Assembly: GCA_964035545.1 (NCBI GenBank)
Contig: OZ037766.1
Coordinates: 12,638,722-12,702,721 of the forward strand
Source of the DNA: Bugula neritina
Taxonomy: Eukaryota > Animalia > Bryozoa
Reading direction: 5' to 3'
Length of the DNA: 64,000 nt
Shown here: positions 40,615 through 55,203 of the stretch, in pieces
How the letters are laid out: every line of letters begins with the position of its first letter
Position numbering within the stretch: position 1 is the first letter of the stretch
Position numbers and translations under genes: made by a program
The notes under the pieces: generated by a model
The model's input: the letters and a program-made list of their open reading frames with translations, nothing else
What the model was told of the DNA's origin: nothing
Databases searched by the model: none

Positions 40615-40780
40615 GGAGCAGTAGTAGTCTAGTGGTCTAGTAATGGGTGGTTTGAATCCCAGTAAAGGCCATTGGTGATGTTATGAGGGCAGTCAGTCAT
40701 AATTGCTCCTGTGCCACAATAGAAAACAAGTCCTTAGCCTGATTTTAAAGAAAACCTTTCCAACGCACATGAGTTTTATA
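40615..40780 (+). mobile_element. tRNA-derived SINE copy
   Basis: GGAGCAG..GTCTAGTGG..GGTTTGAATCCC (B box)..AAGGCCATTGGTGATGTTATGAGGGCAGTCAGTCATAATTGCTCCTGTGCCAC. Confidence 0.85.
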
Positions 40781-43375
40781 AGGTATCAGAAAAATTAGAA
40801 ACCTTATCGAATGAAACAATGCTGAAAAAAAGTTATAAAAGAGTGTAATAGCATATTCACATGCACTTTAGTCTATGGAGGTAAGATTTCTGACACAGAT
40901 AGGGGAATTTATTACAATTTAAAAGCTACGTGATGCTGGTGCAGATGTGCCACATCTTGAGCAAAGCCCAAAGTATGATCCACTTTGAGGAATATAATGC
41001 AAATTTACGACAAGTTAGAAACTAGTAGGCCTACTATAGTTGGTGTGAGCTGAGCAGTTTGATGCCTTAGCAATCTAGGCTTTGAAAAATTACCTGCGCT
41101 AGTGAAAAAAAGAAGAAATAACTAAATTTACGTTTGGTTACCAATTTCAATAGCTACTTCATAAGAATTGTGATACTTATTCTTGAAAAAGTCTAAAGTA
41201 ATAAATGGCTACAATTGAAGATTATATAATAAAAAAAACAATAAGAATATCAACAATGACAGTAATATTTACTACTCTATTTTTAGGTGGGAAAATAATT
41301 AGGAAACTAAGAAAATACCAATATTAATTGATGTTAAAAGCAAACAAGATACCAGAACTTATAGGTACCTTAGGTGTAATAGAGTACTACTATTTCAACA
41401 GTTGCTGTTAAGAGCAAAGATATAGATTTTTGCTTATCTTGTGACATTAAAATTTCAGTTAGGAGTTTGGGGTGAGACTATTTGGTTTGCTCTGTAAATG
41501 AACAACTTCTATCATTACAAACATCTAAACTCTAGTAGAACCAGTACTAATAGAATATTTACATCAATTGACTAGCAATGCTTTGGATAAGCTGAGCTGA
41601 CTCAGCAAACTGCACTTTTAGGTTCACCCAGCATCTTTAAAAAGAACTAAGCTATATATACTTCATTGGATTGGGCAGAGAGCATTCTCAGATTATCAGC
41701 TAACAATAATACAGTATAACATTGAAATCACCTTGAATATAACTATAATGCTGCTGATATACACTACATGTAATAGAACAATGAATTTGATGGCAAAACA
41801 CAGTTAGCAGGCTTTCAAGGTGATGACTAAATGAAGATGGTAAACAGGCTGTGCTCATCGCAAGTGTCAATTCATAATAGTGATGGGCTGAACTAGTCAG
41901 TAGTACTTTCTGTCAGCAAGTTGCTGCCGGATGTGTTTCAGTCAAAACAATGTCAGGTATACTAGCCCATAGGCAGACAAATTACAGGTGGAGATAATGA
42001 TATACCAGACTTAGCACTTCCTGGCAGAGAGCTGACAGTGCAGCAATCAGGATAGCAGAGTCAATGGCTATTACATATACAACTATGTAATGTAGTAGAC
42101 CTAATTTCAAACCACAAAATGTTCCCATTGTTCAATCAGCTGCTAGCCGAAAGAAATACCACATGTTCCTATAACTATAAGTAGAAGGTTTTCTATGCTC
42201 GAAGAACAACTGCAAATAAATCAACCCCAAAACTCTGCCACTGGTGTTGTCACCACGTAAATATCAACAAACATGGCTAACATCAATTCAGCTGTAGTGA
42301 TAGTGTAGTGTACACTCACCCTGCCATTAATTATTGTTGATTTCGACTACCTAAGGCTAAACACAGAAACCCACAGCTACGAAATTTTTGTCAATTTTAA
42401 AAAAAAAATTATTTGTAGTTTAAATATAAGCTGGATAAATTTATGCTTTGTTAATTTCAAATCAAAGTAGAAATAGCTATTAACTTAATTTACCAACTGG
42501 TTACTTTAGCATTTAGATAATCGTATGACTTTAAAGTGCTAATTGTGAGTTCGGATCTGATGAGATAATTAAATTAAATCTGCTATAAATTGAACTGCAT
42601 GTCAGTCATGAGTCATAAGCCTCAGCCATTATAATGTTTACAATAGATTGCTGTTTGCTGTCACAACTGCTGCTAGCTAGCTCTGTCAAAAAGATTACAT
42701 TGTTATAATCAAATGACTTGTTACTGTAATCCAGGCCCTTCAACTCACCTTAATTCATCATGCAAGCCGAGGTATCATTGGATTAGAACTGATGTGATCA
42801 AATGATACACACGTAAGGTAACGATAGAAACGGAGTGTATCGTAAAGTTACACCAAACCTGCAAGCTCTTCAATAATTAGTCAATATTTTCAAAGGTGAC
42901 ACATATAATCATAATTTCATAACTACCCGTACGTTAAAGTGTAGAAATACAGCTGAACTTTAGAGTGAACCTTTACTCACCTACCTCCGATGTACCTATA
43001 ACCACACATATAATATAGTGCCAAACATGTGTACTAAAGCTCATACACCTGCTAATGTGATTGCCCTGCAGCTATTCATCTTGCAAACTGATTTCATGAT
43101 GCAACATGGAAGCATAGATTTACTCTGTTATTGTTCGAAATTGACAGTGTAAAGGCAAGCAAATGTCATTTGATATATTATTCAGTATTTCCGAAGCTAA
43201 GTGCTTCTTCTATGACAGTAGAGTAATAAAACCTTCATCATTAAGAGCAAACTGTTAGTCTAGGTATAAGATCGCACACAATATCATTGTGATTTGCACC
43301 TCAACACTTTACATATGGTGAAACAATAGCAATTCACCACTGCAACAGTAACTAGCTACTATACAGTGGTGGAAA

Positions 43376-43515
43376 GTGCAGTAATGGAGAAATTTTGAAA
43401 AGCCTGTGTTCTACATGAGGGACTTCTTGAAAGAAGTTATGTTCTTATGAGTTTGTCAACATGCATGCCAAACAAACACCCATAAAAACATCAAAGAATT
43501 TAAGCTAGCGAAATT
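43376..43515 (+). mobile_element. MITE, diverged and 3'-truncated copy
   Basis: GTGCAGTAATGGAGAAATT..AAAAGCCTGTGTTCTA..AAGAAGTTATGTTCT..AAAGAATTTA shared with the other two copies. Confidence 0.7.
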
Positions 43516-45354
43516 GGTTAATTACTTCACAAAAATGGTAAGGCGAAGTATTATTTTAATATCAAAATGCTAAATAAATTCTGTGTAGCAGAAAGCAGCA
43601 CTCTTTAACAACAATTACAAAATTTTGTTTTATATTATTATACTAAAGCATTTGCCAGTTTATTCCAGATACTTTAACATTTAATTGCAGTAATAAGCAA
43701 ATTTGTATAACTCAAGGTCTTTGAATTGCATATAAAGCACAAGTTAGGCAGTTGCTATGAGAAATAACCTTCTCATTCCGGATTTATCAATGAAATGCCT
43801 GCTTTCCAAAGAAAGCATCTTCAGCAATATTCATGCAGCATTGCTGAAGACACACAGTTCAAAATGCAGCTTATGCACATCCTAACTGACAATGGAGCAT
43901 TTGCTATGAATATTCTCAAAGTGTCATAGAAGTTTCTGGTTTCTGTAGTATCATTAATCAGTCACTGACAAGTATAGCTAAAAGAAGCCTAGTTATAGTC
44001 AGTAGGATTTATTTACTACACACTGCGTATATTCTAGTGTTACAATGTAGTTCATCAGATAACCTATACTATCCATGCATGCTGATAAAAGTAAGAATTG
44101 GCATCAATATAATATGCAGGCAATCATGGCTTTGCCAACAAAACGTCACTAGAGGAATTTAAACATACAGAACAAAAAGTAGTTGCACACAAATTAATTG
44201 CTCAATTATTGCATATATGATAATTACGAATAGCCTAATCTTTATACTCATTGCCATAATACTGAATATATGAATAGTATACTCAGTATATGCCAACTGT
44301 AATACAACTGTAGCCATTTCAAATATATAAATAACATTTTAATGTAATACTGTAGCATAGTATTATAATTAAACTATATGAATACCAATGCATCAACATG
44401 CTGTAGCATTATATTAAAACTTAAAATAATAAATATCTTAAAACATAGTGAATGATCTAGCAAGTGAATGAAGGAATAATATTACATTAAGCATTGTTAC
44501 TATACATCATTGCTTTATAGTTTATACAATCTACTATAGTAGTAATACAGACCCTACATAAACAAACGCTATATTATTTATACTAGCTGCACTAAGTTCA
44601 GCTTACAAATGTTCTAGATTTAGATAATAATTTTACTAACTCTTTCTGCAAATACTAAACAACACTGGCCATTGGGCTTTATTAACATTATTAGACATAA
44701 AATTTGAACGTTTATTTTGGACTAAAACCCGTTACACATAGTCACAAAGGATGCTTGTAAATTGCTAATATTTACTTTTATAAATATTATATTTCCGAGA
44801 ATGATATTTTTAGTAACTGTGGTAACCAAATTATATCATTATAATTATTCTATCCTCCCTAATTATAGTCACAGTCACAGTGACTGAGTATACATAACAT
44901 TAACTCATACTGACAGTGATAACAGTCTCAGACTACAAGTTAGTTAGTAGTACAAGTGCTGCTGACTATTACAGTTACACGAATTAGAATGATTGAAATC
45001 AGCACTTGGTGACTCATCTAAATTCTAACATACTTACAATGAATGCATTATGGTTATGCCTATGGTTACTGCCACTGGTACACTGGATATTCATATTCAT
45101 ACACATCAGCATTTACTGTACATAACTGAAACTATTACCGATGTTGACTGTGCTGTAGCTGTTAATTTTATTTTTTGTGTAATATAAATAATACACTTAC
45201 AGTCTATATAAATAATATAAACAATATAGTTTATAATATTGAGTGTACATCGATCATCAATGATAATAATCATGACAGTAATTCATTAAATTTAATACAA
45301 CTATAAATATGCACATTGGTATTACATTTAGTTTTACTATAACTATGATCATAC

Positions 45355-46028
45355 CTTCACCTTGCTAGTTCAATATCCACGCCATGTAGATATTATAAAC
45401 CTTTTGCTTATACTTCTTGTCAATTGTTTATCTGAAACTCCAATTCCGGCACCAACTTTGGAGATTAATATTTTATCCAAAAAAGTTCAGACCGCGGATA
45501 GCGAAGTACAAATAAAGTATTATTGTTATTACTATATTATTATTAAGTATAATTATTTCAGTATTTCCACATATAAAATGACGGTAGTGTCATAATTTGA
45601 GCGAGATATAATTATAACAAAATATGCTCTTTGTACACCCACACAAAAACGTGCAGGCGTAGAACTGTAACCTATCCAAAAACTGCGGTCACTAGTATTA
45701 CTCCAGACGCAGCTGATCTTTAGTTGACTGCAGGCGAGTGATTATCAACTAGACTCGTTTGCTACTCCTAGTAGTAGTAATAGTAATCTACAGCACAGTC
45801 TCCTGTGGCTACAGCCAACCAGAACGATCAGAGCCTGCAGATAGCCAGGGAAGCGAATCGCTTATAATTACATTACATTACTCAACTGCTTACATTAGTA
45901 GCTCTAGCCAAACGCGCGCTAACCTTGTATCATGTGTAGATGCGACTGCCATCACATCGCATAGCCTAGCAACATGACATTTCTTGTTGCAGGTAGTCCA
46001 ACCATCTGAACGCTTTAATGGTGCTTAG
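45355..46028. promoter_or_regulatory. CpG-enriched probable divergent promoter with outward-facing splice donors
   Basis: Roughly 20 CpGs in 45480-46015 against a CpG-poor background. Minus-strand donor AAG|GTATGA at 45355/45354; plus-strand donors CAG|GTAGTC at 45992 and TAG|GTAAAG at 46028. Confidence 0.5.
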
Positions 46029-49000
46029 GTAAAGAAATAGCTGAAATGTCAGTTTAGTTTCAATCATGGCCTTCTAATCTCTCATCTAGTACAACAAATA
46101 CATTGTTATGTTTGCACTAGAAGCCTCTCACCCTCCTCTCAAATACTTTTCAGTAATTTCCCAGAAGTGAAAACTTTAAACTATCATTTATTGTTAGATT
46201 CCTCAGCTCCATCTAGTTGGTGTGATGAGTAAAAAGCCACATGTGCTCAGCATAGCCTGTTCATCTAACATATTTGGTTGGGGAATATAACTACTAAAAT
46301 ATGTATATTACTTTTGCAAATTAATCTCAGGCTTGTAAAGAGACCCCAACTAAACTAACTAAACTAATTTTACTATTAGAAAAAAATTCTATAGCCTATG
46401 TGTATTATATTCTAGGCATAATTCAAGGCCTGAGTAGACAACTTCAAATGTTTTAACCAGACTGACTATTGGCATCAGCATGAAATAATGTAGCTGCACC
46501 AATGCTGACACTGGCAGCAGGGGGGGGGGGGTTATATAGTAGTTTCATGTTTCATTTGTTTATATACAGCCCTTGTTGGCCTATCTCACTGCAACATATA
46601 TTCAGTCATATTCTTCATTTACTAAACTAAAAGTTATGTATAAACACTACCAAATAAATACATAAATTTATAGAAAGCAAAACACTCTTTTGCCCGTGAA
46701 TGAAGTTAATAGTAATACCTAAACAAATGCTCACTTTTCTAATTAAATTAGACCAGTCCTAAAATGGTTATCATATGTAATCTTCGACTTTCTATTATAG
46801 CAAGCATTAGAATGCATGAGTAAGCATTTTATATTGTAAATAACTGGTCAGATTTTAATGCAATTGTACTTAACAAACTATACAAATAATAATTTCCTTG
46901 CTGAGTAAACATTAAGTTTTAGCTACTTTGATTCAACAGCATTGAAACAGAGTTAATTTTACTGCACTTTGAATGATTGCAAAAGAGAAAACTAATACAT
47001 AATCTATAATATAGCTACTCACTCACAGTTCTGTTTGTTTGGTAACAATGCATTTAGTAGAGTGCAGTATGATGAAGGCAATGGTAACTGCTCTATTATA
47101 TATTTTGTTTTCAATACTTCTTCTAGTCTAAATGCTATATACTGGTGTACTCTGAGATCTGGCAAATAAATGGCAGAAAGAGACCGATCTTCCAGGACAC
47201 CATCACAGGTAAAGCTGAAGTCATGCAACAACCTGCACATTCTGTTGTACAATATACAGAGCACCTGCGCATTCGAATAGCTATAATTCACTGTCAGATT
47301 ACTGTGTTGTGACTCATGCCGTTTCAGTTAATTGATTGTCAGCTTGTATTAATAGATTTATTCCCCCTGGCTTCACTCCACTAATATACATGTTTGCTTT
47401 CTAAGATAAAATTTCGACAGATTGTCTTTATTAGGATTATTAGAAGTGCTTATATGGAAAAGTTGAAATGATGACAAAATAAATATTACCATGTTTTTGT
47501 GCAACTCTACACTGGCTAGGCTATAGCTATAATCATTACAGTAGATTATCTTATTTATTAGGCGCAAGTTTTCTGTGTTGTGAGCTTAGTAACTTTCTTT
47601 CAGCGATTTTCTCAAAAAAAAACCTTATAGTTTAAATTTATAAAATAGTTTAAATTATTACATGTGAAGAGGCAACCCAAATTGTCGGAAAGAAAGCAGA
47701 TCAGTTCATCAGTTTGATTTAGGTATAGCTTACAACCAGGTTGAATAATTATTTCCAGTCTTTCAATATACAATTAATATACATACTATATAGACAACAG
47801 CTTTACTACAAAATGACTTTAAACTTCCTAATTTTAGTTAGCTCTGCAAACTGCAGCTTACATTAAAAGCTGAAAATGCAAATTCATTTTTATTCATTGT
47901 GAAGATCAAGTTGTTTAACTCAACTTAGTGGTAGCAGAGTAAGGGCATTTCCAAAGTGGGGCATTTTTAGGAAAAAACATCCAGCTTTTTGAAATCTATT
48001 GCTAGTTTTACGTTTTAAACATGAAATGCTTTGCACTTTCAAAAACATAACAGATGAACCAGCATAATTATTCTCTGTTTGACTGAGTAGGTTAGAAATT
48101 ACGTATTTGTGTGCAAATAAGCATCTATTTGTTTGCAGAACTTGTTGTAGTCACAAGTGAACATTCTTCTACTAAAATTCGTGCCAGCAAAAATGTTTGT
48201 GTTGAACAAATACTTTCTGAATGTGTCTGTCATCATGTCATCAATTTTGGTGAAAACTATTTCAGTAAGCCAAAGCAGTCTGACATGGAAAAAATACTAA
48301 GGCTTGGTTGATTATTTAGTAAGCAATATATTCTATATTCTTGCAGAGTACAATATTGTCTGTTCACATAAAACTAGTTAGAATATCTGTACAGCTTGAA
48401 AATTTTATACAAATGGCAATAAATCAAAGTTTAGAAATTGTTCAACTTTTGAAGTTTTCCCTAAACCATAAAATGTTGTGCCTTGATCTCAAACCACAAA
48501 AAGCAATATTCATTAACTTCTGTTTATAGTAAAGCTATAGAATTTATTGAATCAAAGCAAAATTATAAAAAATAATTATTTTATTATAGCATGTAAGCTA
48601 TGTGAATACCATATTATATTCAATCATTCTTATCATAAATAACCAATTAGCAATTTCTCAAGGGTATGAGCAACAAATTGAGCATATAATAGAATATTAC
48701 TTTAATACAAGTATAAAGCATAAACACATCAGTATAAGTTAGGAGATTACTATTATATAATGTTCCCTGCCATATGAGGATAAAGTTGCATGGAGTTTAG
48801 AATATGGAGTGTAGCAATTATATTACATTTAGTTAAGCTTAGAACAACAATAACCCTGTTTCACAGTTTGCAGTAGAATGTATGCATTCATGATAAGTGT
48901 ACAAAGTCAATTTGGAAAGTATTATGTTGCCATAATGCTGAAGGTCCTTTGGAAAGTTTTTTATATTTATACATTCTATTCAACGAAAACCACCTTAGCT

Positions 49001-49183
49001 ACACTACAATGGGATTGTATTTTAAGAAAAACAAATAGTAACAAAGCATATATTTCAATACCTACTCATTTCAATGATTGGAATTTAAAGTTTTACATAA
49101 CAGTTTGGTAACAAAACCTGACTAAGTCCCTCCATATCTCGAGAATATTTAACACTAGTATACTATAGTCAATGGGTTAGAAC

Positions 49184-52100
49184 ATGACAGATTTTGGAGA
49201 ACATGTAAGTAAAAGCAAACAGATCAGAAATTTTTTTCAATTTTTCTTGAATTAAAAGTTAATTCATAGTTATAATGCATTGTTCTTGGCAGGTTTTTCT
49301 ATACTTTCAAAGCAATTGATGGCTAAATGAGGTTGCATATATTGCAATATTGTATAAGTTTATTGTTAATCTTGCTGTTTTTCAAAAAATTGATATGTGA
49401 TGCAATTGATTTCATTATTTAAAATATTTTTAGTTGGGTTTAAAAGCAGCATTTTCCCGTCCTAGTTCCAAAGGCAGTAAGAATAGTGCAGATCAAGAAA
49501 GGAACACTTTACAGAGTAGGTGCAACACTGCACTTGACAGAGAAAAATCTACTCTAAGTGGCGCACAAGGTGTGCTTATAACTGAGCTAGCTTATGAGTC
49601 TGATGGGGAGGAAGAAAGAGATGACCGTGTTGATGCTCAACTGGTTGAAAATAGAAGTGTGAGTTGAAATAACTATAACCTATAGATGGTAAAGCTAAGT
49701 CAAACAACTTTGTGCCAATAGATAGCCATTCCTTGTATTTATGATAGTATTTTTGCACAAATTCTTTGGTTTTATTATCTCATGATTTACCTGGTGTACA
49801 GAATGGATGTCATTGTGTAATGAAAATGCTTTGGCTCAATACTGGTTTGGGTAAAGTGCATTATAATCCTATCAGATAATTGACTAGTTATATTATATCT
49901 TATGTTATTGTTTCAATCCAACAAGATATAAAAGTTCTCATGATCAAAGACACTAACTTAGTATCAAAGTTTTTCAACTTAGTCTTTTGCTTCTTCTGAC
50001 AAAATCAATTCTTGAGAGATAGACGACAAACTGAGCCTAACTGACCTAATAATTACATTTTTGTGCCTATAAACAGAAACATTATGTAATAATTCTAGGG
50101 ATACAATAGAAGACTTTTTCTTATAGTAGGCTTTTGGCCAAGTTTTAAAAATACTGAGTTCAAGACGATCATTGGTTAGCTAATGCTTTAATCGTTTATG
50201 GTTACACTATTCACTGCAAACAGTGTACATATCAATTGTTACAATCTTATTTACAGCTTAGTGTTCAGGTCTTTATATTTATTGTGTTGGAATAATCAAT
50301 AGATTTCTGAACCCAAAATGACTCGCAGTTGATTTATAACCTGCTCTTTGAATTCACTCAAATTAATTTATGCAATAGTTCTTGAAAACCTAAATATACT
50401 TTAAACACACAGCAGTCAGCTCAAACATCTATAGCTACTAAGATGTCATTGCTTTTTTAAAAGATGACAATATAAATATAAATAATATATCTGCTTCCTA
50501 TTTTAAATCCAAGCAGTATTGCAAACAGTTCCCCAACTAGTTCCCCAAAGCATTTTAAAGTCAACTATTACACCAAGTGCCCAAGTATAGCAAGTTGTTG
50601 CAGTAGCTTGACATCAAGTGCTACACTTGGTGCTTAAGTAAAAGTTTTCTACTACTGCTACTAAAAGTAAAAACCCACTGAATGAAAATAATTTATAAAA
50701 AAGTATCAACTGAAGTGAGAGTCATTTTGCTCGTGGTAGAATTTGTCAGTACTGCAACAAATCAACTCAGCCTAAATTCTTTTTATCAACTACTGTTTAC
50801 TTGAAGTAAGTGATGTATGTGCCAGAACTTTATAAAAACTATGATCCAGCTAAGTATAGGAAATTACTTTGCTCAGTAGCTAGTGCTTTATCACAAAATA
50901 TAAAAAATAATTATATAGCCAAGTGTTGCCTAACTTCAGGTTATTTTTAGTAAGTATATGTAGGCACCAGTTGTATATAAAAGTTATTAGGAAGCCTTGT
51001 AAACACTGTAGTTATGTTATTTCTCAGACTCGGAAAAAGTAGTTCTTATGATCACCTTTTGTATACTCTATCATCTCACTCTTACCCTATACTGTAGAGT
51101 GTAGAGCAGCTAAATTCAAACGTTTTTATGAGCATTAGGTAAGCCAATATCTAGAGAGAAAAGTCTATTGGAAAATGCTAAAAGAAAAAAAACTTTTTTC
51201 CATTGATGATAGATTAAAAAACTATTTGCTGCAAATATAATATCATATAAACTGGTACTTTTTAGGTTAATTACTTTGAACTTCATTTAGATAGTCGTGT
51301 CAAAATTATAAAGATATTTTTATAACACTAATTAGCAACTTGAGGTTCTAAAATATACAGCACTTTTTAGTCAATTGAAAATTAATTCATCACTTAAGTA
51401 AACTTATTGATTGTATAAAGTCAAGAATATATAAAACTTAGCTTCAACAGTTTTATTGAAGAAGTTTAAATTATTTATGCTAAAGCTTCTCTTTACTGTT
51501 TACTAGAAGCAAAAACAAGCGAGTGGCCTAATTCACATAGGTTGCTGACTTGTTAATTGCATTATCAATTATATGAATTACCAAAATTATGCTTTCCTCA
51601 ATTGAATGGTAGCAAAATTCTTATTGCAAATAATTAAAAATTTTGTGCATTGTTATCTTATGCAATATTTAATACTTTTCTATGTGCTATGTATCTGAAT
51701 CTATTCTTTTATAAATGTTGTAGAATGTAGAAAGAACAAAATATATATGCATTTCTAAGTTGCAGTAGAATACATTCTTACGTCTGGTTTGTATTTTTAG
51801 GACAAACAGCCAATAGAAGGTAATAGCTCTACATCATCAGATGCAAGAAGAAAATCACAAGTTGAAACTAAGATCAATCCTCCTGATATATTTAATGACC
51901 AGGAATGGGATACAGACCTTGAAGATGAAGGTAAGCTGTGGAACTGGGAAGGAAGATTTCTAGTTTATTTATTAAGCTCATCTAGACACATTGTTGGCTA
52001 AATAAAAATAGCTGCAAATAATAGTATATCAGGTGTTGATGGAGTTCTAACAGATGACAAACTGCATAAAAAACTTTGTATCTTGAATAAAAATTCAATT

Positions 52101-55100
52101 TCTAAGACTGAAGGAATAGGAAACGGTAGTTCCTGTCACATTTGCATGAGTTATGTTACATAACTGTGAGTTGCCATATTCACATTCCTTTGAGGTTTTT
52201 ATTTTTTTTCTTTGAGAAATTATTCACAATTGACATCTAAAACCAACTCCAGCTGCAACTCAACTGTCCAAGTTTTAAAATCATGCAAGAGTAACATGAT
52301 TAGGTAACATATGCTAGTAGAAGTGTAATTAATTTCTAATTTGTAACAAACGGCATTTAAATTTTAAACAATCATAGCTTATATTTGTAATCTTTGCAAA
52401 CAAATATTTATTTTACCCATAAAAATAGCACCTATATTCAATAGCCCAATCATAAGAGTTTTGTATAGCATGCTGGTAATTTATTCCAATTCGTTTTTCA
52501 AACCCAACATTCACATATTATACTTGTTTCTAAAATGACTAAAAGGGTAATATAAATTTGGTATCCATGCAAAATGTTTAAAAGAATTAGTTGGTGTTGA
52601 ATAATATGCTATACCTTTGGAATTCAGCAATTAGCCAAGCCAATGACAATCTATTCTCTAGTTTATGCTCACTGACCTTGGATTTTGGCTTTGATTTCTA
52701 TCATTTATTGATCTTTAAGCACCTAATTAAGTATAGTATGATTTATTATTTATAGTCATTATAAAACAAGAAAATATCTTGACTGAGTAGCCAAGGTTTA
52801 TTGATGTATCTAAAAAGCAACTAATTATTTCTCACCTACAACATAATATTATGGGCCACTGCTCATTTTTATTCATGGTTCAAAAAATTACATTTGTTTG
52901 TATTTGGATTTATTTATATTTATATTGTATAATGCAGGTATCATCAAATGATTTTGAAATTGTTTTCAGTCTTTGATTTGTTACATTACCATTTGGTTAT
53001 TTTCCAAATATTTCTCTTGCACTTGAAAGCTGATTTTGCTCTATTTGCACTTGAGTTCTTCACTGGCTGAGTTTGAGTTCCCATATGCAATATTAAAGTA
53101 ATATCTCAATGCAAGAAGCTAATACAAAGAAAAAAACCACTGTTTTCCTGGTCACACCAAGCTTAATGTGAATTTGTCTAAATAAATAGGCTTTCTGGGT
53201 ACATAATATTTTTATTATACTAATTAAACCAGTTAATAGCTGTAATAACAAGTTCTCAGCCCATTATGATTTAAGATATATGTTTACTTCAAAAGGAAAT
53301 ACCTACTTGCCTCATATTCAACTTATACATTTTAATGGTTTGCTAAAGGCCACCTACTATATAAGCTAATCTACAGTATACTCTGGGTAGATTTGCAAGT
53401 CTAAACTTTTTAGTATTAGTGTAGCTGATGATGATCTTTACTGTTTTCTAAAGCAGAAAAAGCAGAAAAAAGGAGTAGCATTAATTAATTACAGCATAGA
53501 ATAATCGAATATTAAATTATTCTGCTACAGTATAAGTTATAAAATATTCTGAAACTAAAATTTGTATGAATAAATTTTATTCTCAATTTTCTTTCAACAG
53601 AAAAACATTAATAATTTTCATCAAGGTTTTGTATATATTATAGTAAATTAGCAAATTACCTGATTGTTCTATGAGTGTCAAACATTATAAATAGATTATC
53701 ATCACTGTGTACTTTTTGACAGCAGAAATTTATTATAAATTTTTCTATAATGAAAATACCTGTGTATAAATTTTGTACCTACCATTTAATTTTGAGATTG
53801 AATATACTTCAATAAAGTATAGAAAATATAAGGAAGCAGCTGTGTTGACCTAGTAAATACGAGGTCATTGGTCAAAAGCCATTGGTTATGTCAGGAAGAG
53901 CATCCAGTCATAATTGCTCCTGTGCCACATATGAATCAGTCCTTAGCTCACTTTTAAAAACCCTTTCCATTAGAAGTTCTCAAAGGGATAGCTACTGTAA
54001 ACTTGCACGACTTAAAGTATACAAAAACACATACATAATCTTTACAGAGGAGACAACTGACATGGGCCCACCTTTTAGAGGCTTATACAGCTATGCGTGT
54101 GACAGATATGGCTGCAACCCCAAGTCATACTTCATGAGGCACATCGAGGACAAGGAAGTGAAAATGAGACATCATGGGTTTACTAAAAGTGAAAGCTACG
54201 CCCTGGCTGAAGTGTTGAAGGTATCTCAGTTTTTTGAGTATTCAAAATATTTTATTACAGTTGATTTTCTCCATAATCTGTATTTGTAATTGCCAGAACA
54301 CAATGTAATAATCCTTCCAGTTAAAGGTGAATATTTTTCAAAGAACCATTTCTTAAAAGCACTAAAAACATTTTAGAAATGTACAAAAGGTACTAGTAAT
54401 ACATAGACAACATAGGACATAAAATACCCAACTTTTAAAGCACAATCTTGTGATTTTTAATAAAGTTAGAATTGATTTATATTTTATATGGATTACAACT
54501 ATAACTATGTGCATTGTAATGCAATTGTGAGCAACTTCTATTATATTTTAGTCTATAATCACTGTTGATACACTGGATCTAGAAGACAACTGGTTGAGAA
54601 ATGTTGGGTGCAAACAGCTTTGCAAGATGATGCTAGACAACGACAATATTCATGAAATGGTAAGCAATTTATTTGACTTTTTGGACTTTCATTTTCTAAG
54701 TCAACTTCAAGTACTTCAAAGCTAAACTCTATGTTATATTTAGTTATAAACTGGCTAGAGTGACTATGACAGCACTTGAAACCGATATTACTTGCCGATG
54801 ATGCATTTACAGCCTAATGAGATGGCCATTGTTGTTTAAATAATTATTCATTTGAATATTCACAGATTTTATGAAGAGGTTAATTACTTGCAAATTTAAA
54901 ACAAAATATAACAATTTTATAGAATTAAGTAGGTGTTGGGTGTATAAGTTTGATGGGTTCATTATGAATTACTTTTCAGTTGAGCCAATCAGTCTTGACA
55001 ACATTTATAACATAGTTTTTAAAATACAATTATTTCTTTCAGATTAAATTAATGTGAATTAGACGTAAAAAACATTTTGTTTCACACCGAAGCTACATTG

Positions 55101-55155
55101 ATATAACTCTTACAGCACAAAAGTTCACTAGTATAAAAAGATATTGCAAAATCAC

Positions 55156-55203
<48 letters not shown>

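Noticed and set aside
45974-45992. ATG ACA TTT CTT GTT GCA G|GT as first coding exon of the LRRC74-like gene
   Set aside because: Its phase 1 end hits a stop when joined to exon 49434, whereas 49184-49204 joins in phase 0. At most it is a uORF.
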